Shown here: positions 1 through 10,454 of the stretch, one piece after another | How the letters are laid out: the number at the start of each line of letters is the position of its first letter | Numbering within the stretch: position 1 is the stretch's first letter | Source: Hyaloraphidium curvatum SAG 235-1 | Lineage: Eukaryota > Fungi > Monoblepharomycota | Assembly: GCA_025558095.1 (NCBI GenBank) | Contig: JAIVFI010000031.1 | Span: 1 to 64,000, forward strand | DNA: 64,000 bases | Direction: 5' to 3' | Notes under the pieces: generated by a model | What the model saw: the letters and a program-made list of their open reading frames with translations, nothing else | What the model was told of the DNA's origin: nothing | Database searches by the model: none | Program-made: the position numbers and the translations under genes

Positions 1-1
1 C

Positions 2-470
2 GACCGCAGCAGAAAGGCTGCTCCAGCACCAGAGGCTGAGCGGCAACGCGCAGCGGATGCCGGTCGGCAGAAGGGTCAGGCCAAACATCAGGCCGCTCGG
101 CAACGGCAACACGGAGCCGAGGGAGCGGAAGCTCGAAGGACGCAGCAGCAGCGGCTCGAGGGCGAAGCCCGAAAGCGGCAGGCGCAGCAGCGCGAGGCCG
201 AGCTCGCCCGGCGACTGGAGGAGGTCAATTTGCGCGAGAGGGAGGTCGAGCGCAAGATGGCTGAGGCGCACTCGATGCCCAAGCAGGCGCGAGGGGACAG
301 CGGAAGGCCCAGGCCGACCTCCGGGTACCGCGACGGACGTATGCGCATTTGGCATGACCATGTGGGAGCTCCTCTCGCAAGGCAAGACCCCGCTACTGCA
401 GGAGCTTCAGGACGAGGAGATCATCATCCCCCTACTCCCGGGGCTATTCACCCCTCCACCCAGGAGATGA
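2..470 (+). pseudogene. Partial coiled-coil coding stretch joined out of frame to a protein-kinase subdomain IX fragment (window edge)
   Basis: Frame 2 from the edge reads E/R/Q-rich (QQREAELARRLEEVNLREREVERK). A different frame from ~325 gives TATDVCAFGMTMWELLSQGKTP, which resembles the TK/TKL motif DVWSFGVTMWEL..G..P. Confidence 0.4.
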
Positions 471-628
471 TCATCCCCGGGTTCACGCGCATTCGGCCTC
501 CCACTACGGTCACCTTAGGGACGCGAAAAGGAAGCCCCCTGGATTCTCCGCGCTTGCCGCAAGCCGCCGTCTATTCCCGGGCCTCCCATCCGCGGAACGA
601 CGCCCTCCGGATGCTGGTACGCCCGCGC

Positions 629-2621
629 CTACCCGAACGACCGCTCGTACCCGTCCCTCCTCCCCCTCTCGTGCGGCGGCTTCACGGGCCCGTCGAAAAT
701 GCTCCCTACCGTCGCGTCCGACATCTGCTCCACCGCCGAGCCCAGCCGCTCCAGGTACAGGTAGGCGTCTGCCGCAACCGGGGACGTCAGCCCTTCCCCC
801 ATCGACTTCGAGACGGGCAACATACCGGTGCCGTACCCCTCCATGCTGATCACCTCCATGTGGCCCCCCAGGTACTCGGCGTACAGCCGCGAGATGGGCA
901 TGCCGTAGCCGAAGCCGGCGAGGGGGAGGTAGTACCGCACGTCGTCGAAGGGGGGCTCCTGGCCGACGCCCTCGGCGAGCTGGATGGCGTCCTCGAAGGT
1001 GAGCGTGGGCTCGGGGGCCGTGGAGCCCACTGGCGAGGGATGTGAGCGGGGCCGGAAAGCGGGCGGCAGGGGAGGCAACCCACTGTAGGAGTTCATCTTC
1101 TCGAGGTTGAGCCGCGCCACGCCCAGCCCCTGGTCCGACACCTTGATGATCATGTCCTCCTTCCCGCCCACCACGACGATCCGCAGCGGCGGGTAGCTCT
1201 TGTCCTCCCCGAACCCGCGCGACTCGACCGTCGCGCGGATCGAGTTCTTGAAGAGCTCGAAGCACATGTGGTGCAGGATCGTGGGGATGTAGGTGAAGGT
1301 CGGGCGGTCGTCCTCGGCCGAGGTGCGGATCTCGTACGAGGGGAGGTGCGTGAGTTTGGGGCCATAGTACTGGAAACGAGGGGGTTCAGTGCGCGGGAAG
1401 GCCGGCCGACGGCACGGGCAGCCCACCCTGCGGGCCACCTCGGCGGCCATGTCCCACGCGTTGACGACGACCTTGGTGATGTCCGTCTCGACATCGATGA
1501 TGCCGACGGTGCTCATGGACTTGGGGCCCTTGACAAAGTCGAGCGTCATGGCTGGTAGATGAGGACGTTATCAGCGGGTTTGGGCGCAGAAGGCTCCCGA
1601 CAGTCGACCACCTACCAATCTGGTGGCCCATGAGCAGCCGCACCCCGATCCGCCCGCGGTTGAACGAGTCCAGGAACTGCTGCAGCCCCGCGTGGTCAAA
1701 GATCATGCTGGGCACCGACTTGCGGAAGTTGCGCATGCCCAGGCTCATGAAGACCTGGTCCGCGCGGTGCCGCCACTTGATGTCCTGCAGCAGGCGCAGA
1801 AACCGGTCCTGCGAGAGCACGTGGACGGGGAGCATCTCGGGCTTGAGGAGCCCCTCGAGGTTGGGGCCGATGCTGGCAAAGACCTTGAGCGAGTCGATGA
1901 ACTCGTGGGTCGGGCGCTCGCCGAGGCGGTAGCCCGGGATGCGGGGCTCGTCCTCGGGTGTCGGGGGCGTTTGGGCGTCGCGTTCCGAGGTGAAGCGGGG
2001 GAAGTCGACGACCGACTTCCACGAGCGCAGGTAGTCGTCGCGCAGCTTCAAGATCGCGGGCTCCTCGAGCAGCTTGATGGGCAGCGAATCAAGCTCGAAG
2101 ACGCGCTTCGCCAGGCGGATCGGCAGCTCGTTGTGCACGAACAGCGCCGAGAGCAGCATCTTCTTGTGCGTCATGGCCTTGCCGGCGCGCAGCATTCGGT
2201 CCAGGTTGATGGGCGTCTGCTGCATCAGCGCGAAGCGCGTGACCTGCTGGTACAGCGCGGGGTTCGTCGACGCCAGTTTGACCGACGGCGCAGTTTTGAA
2301 CTCCCGCGGCGGGGCCGGCGGAGGGGACGCCGGGCCGCGCTGTTCGGCGCGGGGCGGGCCGGTGCTCTGGTGCCGGGCTGCCCCGGGCCCGCCTAAGCGC
2401 ACGCCTAGCGGGCCGGCCGACTGGTCCCGTTCCAGTGCGCCCCAGATAGTCCGTCTAGGCGGCCGGCTTAAGGGTGCGCGAAGTCCGTTGCCCGGTCCGG
2501 CCGAGTGCCTCCCGCGCCCCGCGCCAAACGTCCGCGCGCCGGCCGGCCGCGCCATCGCCGCCGGCGGCGCCAAAAACAAACACCGCCCGCACACCGCGAG
2601 CAGTCCGCGTGGGGCCGCCAT
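629..2621 (-). CDS. Mitochondrial pyruvate dehydrogenase/branched-chain ketoacid dehydrogenase kinase (PDK family), multi-exon
   Basis: Arg-rich presequence, ELPIRLAKRV, SFNRGRIGVRLLMGHQI, GHKL motifs ELFKNSIRATVE, IKVSDQGLG and GFGYGMPISRLYAEYLGG; joins ORFs 1386..2924 and 629..1549 through short introns. Confidence 0.92.
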
Positions 2622-2750
2622 CGGGAAGCGGCCGGGAGCACGGAAACCCGGCCTGTGAAAATCCGCAAAGGGATTGGTAGGGGACCCCGATCGAGGACTC
2701 GAGGTGTCTCTCATTCTACTGCCGCATTGCGTTCCGAGCACGGAAAAGAC

Positions 2751-3692
2751 ATGCCGGCGATCCACTTTGCCGCGATGGCCGCCAAGCCCGGGCTCGAGGC
2801 GGAGCTCGAGCAGAAGCTGGCGGACTTTGCGAAGGGCATTCGGGAGCTCAAGTGCGATGGCTACGGGGCCATCTACGCCGGGCCGGTGAATTACAATGAG
2901 GAGCGGGCGAAGCCCTTTACCCACGGTGGGCGGCCGGGTGGGGTGGTGGCCGGGTGTCGGACCGCTGACGCGCTGCGACCGCGGGAACCGCGTCCCTACC
3001 GCGACCAGTCCTCATCGTCGAGTTCGACAACCAAGACCGGATATTCAAGGTCTCTCCCACTTCTCTCGTTGTTCGACGGCATGTCTGACGCGCAGTCCCA
3101 CCCTCCCCCCAGGACTACGGCAGCGACTCCACCCCCGGCGGCAAGTTCCACGCGGCCGCCAACGCCTCCTTCCGCCCCACCTATGACTCCCTCCTCGTCG
3201 CCGACTTCGAGGCGCCCTCGTTCGCCACCGGCCTCGTGCACGTCGTGTGCTTCACCGTGGCCCAGGGGGAGGAGGCCCAGTGGACCGAGGGCGCGGGGAT
3301 GATCGCGGCGGCGTCCAAGGCGGGAAGCGGGAAGCTGCCCGTGGACGTGGTGTACTCGGGGCCCTTGGTGGGAAAGTGGAACAAGGGGTTGAACCACGGT
3401 GGGCTGCCCCACTCAGGGCCGCGTGGGGCGGGAAGGGGCCGCGCTGACGCTTGGCCCGCCCGCGCCCGCAAGTCATCTACACCGTATTCGACAGCAAAGC
3501 GGATCTGGACGTCTACGGACCGGCGCCGGAGCACCAAGCGGCCGTAAAGGGCTTTCTGCTCCCCGCTTGCGGCCGTGGGTAGCCGCCCTGTCTCGGTTGG
3601 ATGCCCTGCTCGTCCTGACACCAGCCTTTCCGACCGCAGCCGACGCGCTGAGCACGCTCAAGGTATTCGACTTTGACGTGCCGCGATCGTAG
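2751..3692 (+). CDS. Stress-responsive alpha/beta-barrel (Dabb-like) protein with two tandem domains, multi-exon
   Basis: Two repeats of H-(F/V)-hydrophobic...YxGP...K(P/G)xxH...xxxFD...Y...H...D(F): IHFAAMAAKP..YAGPV..KPFTH..VEFD and VHVVCFTV..YSGPL..KGLNH..YTVFDSKADLDVYGPAPEHQA..KVFDF. Confidence 0.7.
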
Positions 3693-3874
3693 TCACCGCG
3701 GAGCGGACCGGCGGGATGTAGTGGTCTGATGAATCTGAGCCTGATGTTGCCCTTTTCGAGGGTCGAGGTGGGACAAGGCTAGGCCCTGCCTCGTCCCTGT
3801 GCAGAGCACCCCCAAGCAAGGACACACCCATCTGCGCCCCTCCACACGTCTTGGAGCCACCCGCGCCCGCCACC

Positions 3875-4470
3875 ATGAAGATTACGGCGCTCTATGTGCT
3901 CCTGGGCGTGGCCGCGGTGGCGGCGCTGCCCCCCGCAAGGTGCGGCCCTGTCGACGCTTCCGCGGCACCGCCCTGATCGTGCATTGTCCCGCGCAGCGCC
4001 GCGCCCTCGGACGCCCACGCGGTGTTCCGCCGCAGCTGCGACCTCTGCGCCCCCGAGGACTACTGGTGGGCCGATCGCCCCCGGGCGGTGGCGACCCTGA
4101 CCGCCGCCCATTCCCGCCCAGCGAGTTCGCGTACCCCGGCGCGCCCGCCGGCTCCGTCGCCTGCGTCAAGTACCGCTCGTCCGTGCACCTCTACCGCCGC
4201 TACGGCGACCCGTTCACGCAGTGCGGCACCGGCAGCGACTGCTGCGGGGCCTTCCTGTCGAGCATGCCGACCCCGCCGGCGTCCCTCCAGGAGTGCACCG
4301 ACGCGTGCAACGCCTACCCCGGCTGCGCGTACGTCACCTACGGCGACACAGCGGTCCCAAAGACGTGCGCCATGTGGTCCAGCTGCAACGAGTTCGAGGA
4401 GGCGTCGGGGATGTTTCCGGTGTACGCGCGGGGGCAGAACGCATGCCCGACGACAGCCACCGGCTGCTGA
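3875..4470 (+). CDS. Small secreted Cys-rich PAN/apple-like protein, copy 1 (2 introns)
   Basis: Signal peptide MKITALYVLLGVAAVAA; propeptide ending FRR; SLQECTDACNAYPGCAYVTY...CAMWSSC fits the PAN/apple CxxxC...C..(F/Y)...C pattern. Confidence 0.8.
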
Positions 4471-4559
4471 TGCCGAACGAGACTCGGGCTGGATGGCGGC
4501 TCGACGAACGTCCTTGGATGCATGTACCTTCCGCCGAATGAGCACTGTCGGATGCGTCG

Positions 4560-4682
4560 CTGCCCCGAATCCACGGCGGTGCCGGTGGCACGGTCGGCCA
4601 ATTTCCGCTCGCCTGCCTCATTGTGTCCTTCATTTCCCTCTGTCCCGTACGGAAAGGCTGCGTCCGAAGGAGGCTCCTTACC
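4560..4682 (+). repeat. Diverged, 3'-truncated copy A of a ~200-nt dispersed non-coding element
   Basis: GGCGGTGCCGGTGGCACGGTCG...GGCTGCGTCCGAAGG...TTACC is shared with 7289-7520 and 9970-10205. Confidence 0.65.
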
Positions 4683-4991
4683 GATCCCATTCAGCGCATG
4701 CCTTTGAACCCGCTGGGTTCCCCAATTTCATTGACCCGGTCTTTTGCCCCGGGATGCGGATGGATATCCGTGTAGCACTGGTTGAATGCATCCAAAAGCC
4801 GACGATGGGCGTGACGTGACAAGCGAAACCGCCGTCGAAGGGGTGCCCATGAACTCGAGGGTGCCCTTTTCGAGGGATGGGCGGCTGGGGACGGGGCGGC
4901 TCGTCAAGGCAGACTCCGCCGTCAGGGCACGACAAGGACACACCCATTCGCGCCTCTCCTGCGTCCGTCGCAACCATTTGCACTCGTCGAC

Positions 4992-5341
4992 ATGACGATC
5001 ACCGCGTATTGCATGTTCCTGGCCGGCATCGTGGCCGCCGTGCTCGATCGCCTGCGTGACGTACCGCTCCGCAGTCCACCTCTACCGCCGCTACAGCGAC
5101 TACACGGCGTGCGCCGGAGGCAACGACTGCGCTTGCGGAACCTACCTGGCGGTCGCCGGCACGCCCTCGAGCCCGGCCGACTGTGCGGCCTCGTGCAAGA
5201 ACAATGCCAACTCCAATTACTTCGCCTACAACGCGGATGCTGATCCCAAAGAGTGCGTGCTGTATGGGAGCGGCGTGGGGGGTGCTGAGGGCGCTGGGCG
5301 TACGGGTGGTGCGCGAGTCGTACTGCCCGCTTTGAGCGCCC
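4992..5341 (+). pseudogene. Chimeric relic: internally deleted PAN/apple gene (copy 2) fused to the last ~70 bp of the 7-TM gene
   Basis: Signal peptide MTITAYCMFLAGIVAAVL is out of frame with ACVTYRSAVHLYRRY...CAASC...ECVLYGS; 5270-5341 is near-identical to 7082-7153. Confidence 0.8.
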
Positions 5342-5640
5342 TGCATTCTGTTCGTCGATACCGGCCTCGTCAGGCCCGACAATGGCACTCCGCCCCGGCG
5401 ATACGTCCAGGCAGGTCTTGGTTTGGGGATTCGTCCACCGGCCCGCCTTTTCAGACTGTGGAGGCGCCCATTGCCGCCCCGCCAAAGAAGGCTGCTGCAC
5501 GAAAGGAGCCACGTGAAATGAGATCTGACCTAGTATGTGGCGACGATGCGCTGCGGATCCTTGCAGCCGACTCGGGGCACGGTTGGGGCCCGGCCACTGC
5601 AGATACAACCCTCCGCCACGTCCACCGGAACGCGCACCGA

Positions 5641-7156
5641 ATGACCCCGGAGGAGCTCCTCGCCGTTCTCCCGCGCATTTCCGCGCTCACCCCGTCGCTG
5701 CCCGGCCTCCCCGCCGAGTCGGACGCGGAAACCGTCGCCGCCGTTGCGCTCGCGGGGGAAACCCCGCGGTCTCCCCGCGACCTCGCGCGCGCCGCCGCCC
5801 GCGCCTCTCCCCTGCTCGGCTTCCTCGCCGCGATCTTCCTTCCCCTCGCGGCCCCGGGGAGGCGATGGCTGTACCTCTCGGCGCTGTGGGGCGCCGTTCC
5901 CGGTGTGCTGCTGGCAGTCTCCCTGTACCCCTTCATCGCGTCCGCCGCGGGCGCCGACGACCCCGCCGCCGCCTTCGGCACCTTGCGTATTGCAGTAGGC
6001 GCGGCTGGCATCGCCTGGTTCGACCTGGCGTCGTGCGCCACGGTCTCCCTCCTCGATTACGACGGCGCCACCCGTCCGCAGAACCACATGCTGACCGTGC
6101 TCAGCAGGTGGCTCGATGTCGCCGGCGGCGGACCCCGCTCGGAGCCCCTGGCGAAGGCCGAGGATGGCTCCGCCGGAAGTGACGGCCTTGCGGATCACAT
6201 GGACGGAGACCCGGACTGTCCATGCGCGCGCGAGACCTGCTCCGGACGCGTAGGAACGCACGCTGCCCTCTTCTTCCTTGCCGACTTTTGCGTCCGGCTC
6301 CCGCTCATCGTTCTTTACTGCGCCATACTGCCGATGTGGACCCCGGCCTTCTCCGCGGGCGGGGTCCTCTGGAGGACCTGGTGGGGCTGCCTCGTAGGCG
6401 CCTCGTCGATCGCCACCACCTTCCTCAGCGCCCTCACAGCCCTCGCCCTCGCCTTCATTGCACCCCGGCCGCCGGTCACCCGTCTCTCGGCGCGGCTGCA
6501 GCGCCGCGCCGTCTCGCTCCGCCTCGCCGCACTCGTGCGCCGGTACCGCGCTCTCCTCCTCTTGCCTAGCGACGGCACCGATCCCACGGAACGGCCCGTC
6601 CCGTACGAGCCGTACGAACCCCTTCTGCGGCACCTCTCGACCTCCTGGTCGGGCATCCGAAGCGGGAGCGCCAAGACAGTGCAACGCGTCGCCCTCGTCG
6701 GCCTCCTTCTCGTCCCCCCCGCCATCGCCAACCTCGCCCTCTCGTGCATACCCGCGTGGGAAATCGCGGCGTTCCTGTGGTGGGCCTTCTTTGTCCTGCA
6801 GTCCCTCCCTCCTGGACTACGCCGCGGCCAACGCCCGAATCGCCACGGCCGAGGCCGCGGTGCGCGCGGCGCGGACCGAGATCCTGTCGCTGCTCGCGGA
6901 AGCCCGCGAGTGCGGCGCGTGCGCCGACCCCGCGCGGGCGGATCGCGCGGCCGCCCTGGCGGCGCACGGGGACCGGCTCGCGGCGTTCCTGGGCGCCGCC
7001 GAGCCCGCGCGGCTCTTCGGGTTCGCGGTGGGGTACGGGACCGCCAGGACTCTGTTCGTGACGATGCTGACGCTGGGGTTTGCGGCGTGGGGCGTGCTGA
7101 GGGCGCTGGGCGTACGGGTGGTGCTCGAGTCGTACTGCCCGCTTTGGGCGCCCTAG
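5641..7156 (+). pseudogene. 7-TM receptor/channel-like protein (gustatory receptor-like/7TMIC-like), copy 1, frameshifted at ~6803-6810
   Basis: Seven hydrophobic segments; homologous to 10455-11891 (H..VL.RW, CxCxxxxC, EPY..L...LS..W, SC(I/V)PxW, AAANA.I, H.D.L.AF, R(L/F)xGFxVGY, W.VLR..GV...E..CP). A 4-bp CCCT duplication breaks the frame QSL-LDY. Confidence 0.8.
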
Positions 7157-7288
7157 CGGAGCTTCACCTCTCGGTCGCCTCGCGCCTCCGCACCCTCCTT
7201 GTCGCCGCCCTCGACCCCGCACGTGGAATCGGCCCGCGCCCGGCTGCGGGACCACGTCGCCGCGAAGTCCCATCTGGGTCGCATGGTT

Positions 7289-7520
7289 GCTCCGAAGCCT
7301 TGGCGGTGCCTGTGGCACGGTCGCCTCGTACAGAACGAAATTACCCCTCCCCCGTCTCCATGCGCCCTTCATCCCCTCCCGCGGAGTACAGGGAGGCCGC
7401 GTCCGAAGGGGGCCCGTTACCTGGATCAAGAAGTTCGACTCTTCACCGGGGTCCTCGCACCCCGGCTGAGCCGGGTTCCCGACCCTTGACGCCGTCTTTT
7501 GCTGTAGCCCGCCATTGGCC
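7289..7520 (+). repeat. Copy B of the ~200-nt structured non-coding element (SINE-like or Pol III ncRNA candidate)
   Basis: Colinear with 9970-10205; A-box-like TGGCACGGTCG, B-box GTTCGACTC, hairpin CCGGGGT..ACCCCGG, TTTT at 7497-7500. Confidence 0.8.
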
Positions 7521-7648
7521 CCGATGTGCGGGAAAAGGCGTTGAATTCATGCGTTTTTCGAACCCACGCGAGCCGACTCGTCGTCGTGGAAAGCCGTGCG
7601 ACCGGAGCACCCCCCGCGAGGACAGACAACCCGACACGTCCCAGCCAC

Positions 7649-8330
7649 CATGGAGGTCACGGGGCACCGCGACGAGCACGCGGAGGGTCCCTCGGAGGGG
7701 CCGGACTCCGCCGTCCAGACCAGCCCGCGCGAACCCCCCCCCGCGTTCGAGGACGGGGACGCCGAAGGCGACCGCCCCTACGACGACTCGGACCGCGACA
7801 CCGTACGACATCCTCCGGACCCTCCGCGACCGCATCGCCGGGGCCAACCTCGCCCTGGGCCCGTACATGGGCAGGCGGGAGGACGACCCCGAGGTGGACC
7901 GGGTGATGCTGCACGTCCTGTGCCCCCCCGACCAGGTGCGCCTGCTGCGCGGTATTTGGGAGATCATCGACGGACCGGAGCACGCGGAGTGGTTCGCGAG
8001 GTTGGTGGAGACGGTCGTCGCGGCGCACGCGGATCTGGTGGAGGGGGGGGGCTCGGGAGGCGCGGCATCCCGAGGAAGGACTGGGACCGGTGGAGTGGGT
8101 CCCGATGACTCGATTGCGTGGCACGGGTTGTCTCATGCCTGTTTCGTCGGCCGCAGAGTTCATCATCTACGGATTTTCGGAGCTCGGTTCGGTTCTCGGT
8201 GCCACGTCATCGACGTCGCTCAACCCCCCTTCCGGCAGCCGAGGACGAAGGCTACAGAGGCCGTGCTCCCCCGATCGACTACAGCACCTCCAAGGTGCCC
8301 GAGCTGCCGTCCGTTTTGAGGCGGCAATGA
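7649..8330 (+). pseudogene. Frameshifted member of an unnamed acidic protein family (paralog of 20374-21018)
   Basis: DRDT.YDILRTLRDRIAGAN, LRGIWEII, AHADLVEG..RRGIPRKDWDRWS match the paralog; frame shifts at ~7803 and in the G9 run at 8043-8051; 3' end approximate. Confidence 0.65.
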
Positions 8331-8590
8331 TGTCGGCGAGCAGCTCGTCCGATCATGGGTTTGATCATGGGCCGATCGGAACTGGAGACAAGCGGGTGGG
8401 CCCCGATGGGCCGGGACCGGCCACCCACAGCGGGATGTTTCGAAGCAGTGGAAGCTTTGCCTTGGGTAGTTGAGACTGGAGGATTGCGGAGGATCGGGTC
8501 CTTGTAGGCGCGGAACAAGTTCGGGCGGAACCTCACTAGAGTCGCACCACGTGCCCGCGACATGGTGTCCGACTATCGCGCAGCCCGATC

Positions 8591-9021
8591 TCATCCCGGG
8601 CACACCGTCTCGAGCGTGAACCCCACCCCCGCCCCCCGCAGCACCGACCACAACCCCACCGCCACGGTCAGCACCGTCGCCAGGAACCCGCGGACGACCG
8701 CGTAGCCGACCCTGAACCCGAGGAACCGCCCCTGCTTCTCCTCCGTCCTCGCGAACGCGTCCAGCAGGTCCGCGTGCCGCTGCAGGGCCGAGGCGACGGG
8801 CGCGGGGGGTTCCCCAGCCAGTAGGACGAGGATGCGGGTGCGGTAGGCGAGGTACAGCGAGGCCGCGCGGTCGATCTCGGCGTTGGCGGCGGCGACGGAG
8901 AGCATCTCTTGGGTGAACACCACAAGGACAGTGACCAAGAGAAAGACCATCCAGAGGGCGACGCAGGAGGAGGAGGCGGCGGTGACGGCGGCGCCGGGGA
9001 GCAGCGTTCCCATCAGCGTCG
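8591..9021 (-). pseudogene. 5'-truncated recent duplicate of the 7-TM gene at 10455-11891 (TM5-TM7 only)
   Basis: Highly similar to 10455-10885 in DNA and protein (TLMGTLL...GVGFTLETVCPG*); similarity stops abruptly at ~9021. Confidence 0.85.
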
Positions 9022-9261
9022 CGAAGAGACACTCGTGCGGCTGGTTGGAAGCCTTCCCCAATCGCGTATCGCACGAAAAAGTCTTCGTTCGCTTCGGAGC
9101 TTTTTGGAGACCCCTGTCCTCGTCTGCTGTGCAGTCCACCCAGCGGTGGCACATCCGCGTGCGGCACCTGGCTGGAATCGGCCAGTGTCCTTTCAGGGGG
9201 ACGCACGGAAAGACACCTGTCTGCGCTCCTCCACAGCTCCTCCGGCCGCCTTCCCGCCGGC

Positions 9262-9881
9262 ATGAAGGTAGTCGTTGCGTTTATGCTCCTCGCCGGGGCG
9301 GTAGCCGCCGCGCTCGTCCCCGCTAGGTGCGCCGGTCTTTGTTTGCTCCGCGGGTGCGGCCACTACAGTGATTGACCCGGCCACCGGCAGCGCCGCGCCC
9401 TCCGATGCCCACGCGGTGTTCCGCCGCCACTGTTCGCAGTGCAGCCAGGAGGATTTTTGGTGCGCTGGACCGCTCTCCTCTCCAATCGTGCTGCTTATCT
9501 TCGACACCGCCCGACCCCGGCCGCAGCGAGTTCGCGTACCCCGGCACGCCCGCCGGCTCCGTGGCCTGCGTCACGTACCGCTCGGCCTCGCACCTCTACC
9601 GCCGCTACGCCGGCTCCTTCACGCAGTGCACCGGAGGCAGCGACTGCTGCTCCGGCCTTATAACGAACAAGCCCAACCGGGAGAGCGCCGCCGCCTGTGC
9701 CGCCAGCTGCACGGCCGAGTCAGGATGCAAGTACTTCTCCTTCCTCGAAGACAACGGGAACCCGGCAAACAACCAGTGCGCCCTGTATTCGAGCTGCGAC
9801 AGCTTCAACGCGCCGTCGGGGCCGATTGTGGCGTACGCGATGGACCAGAACGCGTGCCCGACGACCGTCGGGTGCGGATAA
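9262..9881 (+). CDS. Small secreted Cys-rich PAN/apple-like protein, copy 3 (2 introns)
   Basis: Signal peptide MKVVVAFMLLAGAVAA; SAAPSDAHAVFRR, EFAYPG.PAGSVACV.YRS..HLYRRY, SAAACAASCTAESGCKYFSF...CALYSSC...QNACPTT.GC; same intron positions as copy 1. Confidence 0.8.
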
Positions 9882-9969
9882 CGGGGGCCAACCTCCTGCG
9901 TGTGGCAAGTCGTTGGGTGTACATGTACGATTCATGGAATGGGAGCGCTTTTGATTCGGACGCCTCGTC

Positions 9970-10205
9970 GCTCAGAAGCCCGGGCGGTGCCTGTGGCACG
10001 GTCGCCCAGTCCGGAACAAAATTACCCCTCCACTGCCGCCGTGTGCACTTGATCCCCTTTTACGGTGAGCTGGAAGGCCGCGTCCGAAGGGTGCCCGTTA
10101 CCTGGATCAAGAAGTTCGATTCTTCACCGGGTTACGAGAGTAACCCGGCTGAACCGGGCTCCCGACCCTTGACGCCGCCTTTTGCCGACTAGCCCGACTC
10201 TGGCC
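9970..10205 (+). repeat. Copy C of the ~200-nt structured non-coding element (best preserved)
   Basis: 5' GGCGG can pair with 3' CCGCC before TTTT (10180-10183); B-box GTTCGATTC in a GAAG/CTTC stem; perfect 9-bp hairpin CCGGGTTAC-GAGA-GTAACCCGG. Confidence 0.8.
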
Positions 10206-10454
10206 ATTGTTTCCAAGAGGTTGGCGATGCAATCGTTCGCTTTTGGTTCCCTCGGGGGCAAAGTGATTGGGACAGGAGCCGTTGCGTTGCGACAGCAAAC
10301 AACCGAGAATGGAGCCGTCGCAACGAGACCACCATGGCGGGAATGGCTTGCTGATGATGGCGGACCAATGGTGTGGATTATGAGATTTTGCCGGAATTCC
10401 AAACAGAGCTGCTGCGACGTGCGGGATGCTGTCTTTACGCCTTTCCGCGCCGCC

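Noticed and set aside
7417-7424. TTACCTGG resembling the U1 snRNA 5' end
   Set aside because: It is internal to the element, and I see no U1 stem-loop I/II or Sm site.
7287-7469. Repeat element as a short coding sequence (GGACGTVA...VTWIKKFDSSPG)
   Set aside because: No ATG start, differences between copies are largely non-synonymous, and the frames diverge after the hairpin.
5056-8319. 1087-aa ORF
   Set aside because: A chance read-through across the PAN relic, the 7-TM gene, repeat B and another relic; not one protein.
10110-10150. tRNA gene suggested by the T-arm/B box
   Set aside because: No acceptor stem or anticodon arm can be folded at tRNA spacing.
10128-10192. Helitron 3' end (hairpin plus CTAG)
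   Set aside because: CTAG lies ~40 nt from the hairpin and is GTAG in copy B; not excluded, but unsupported.
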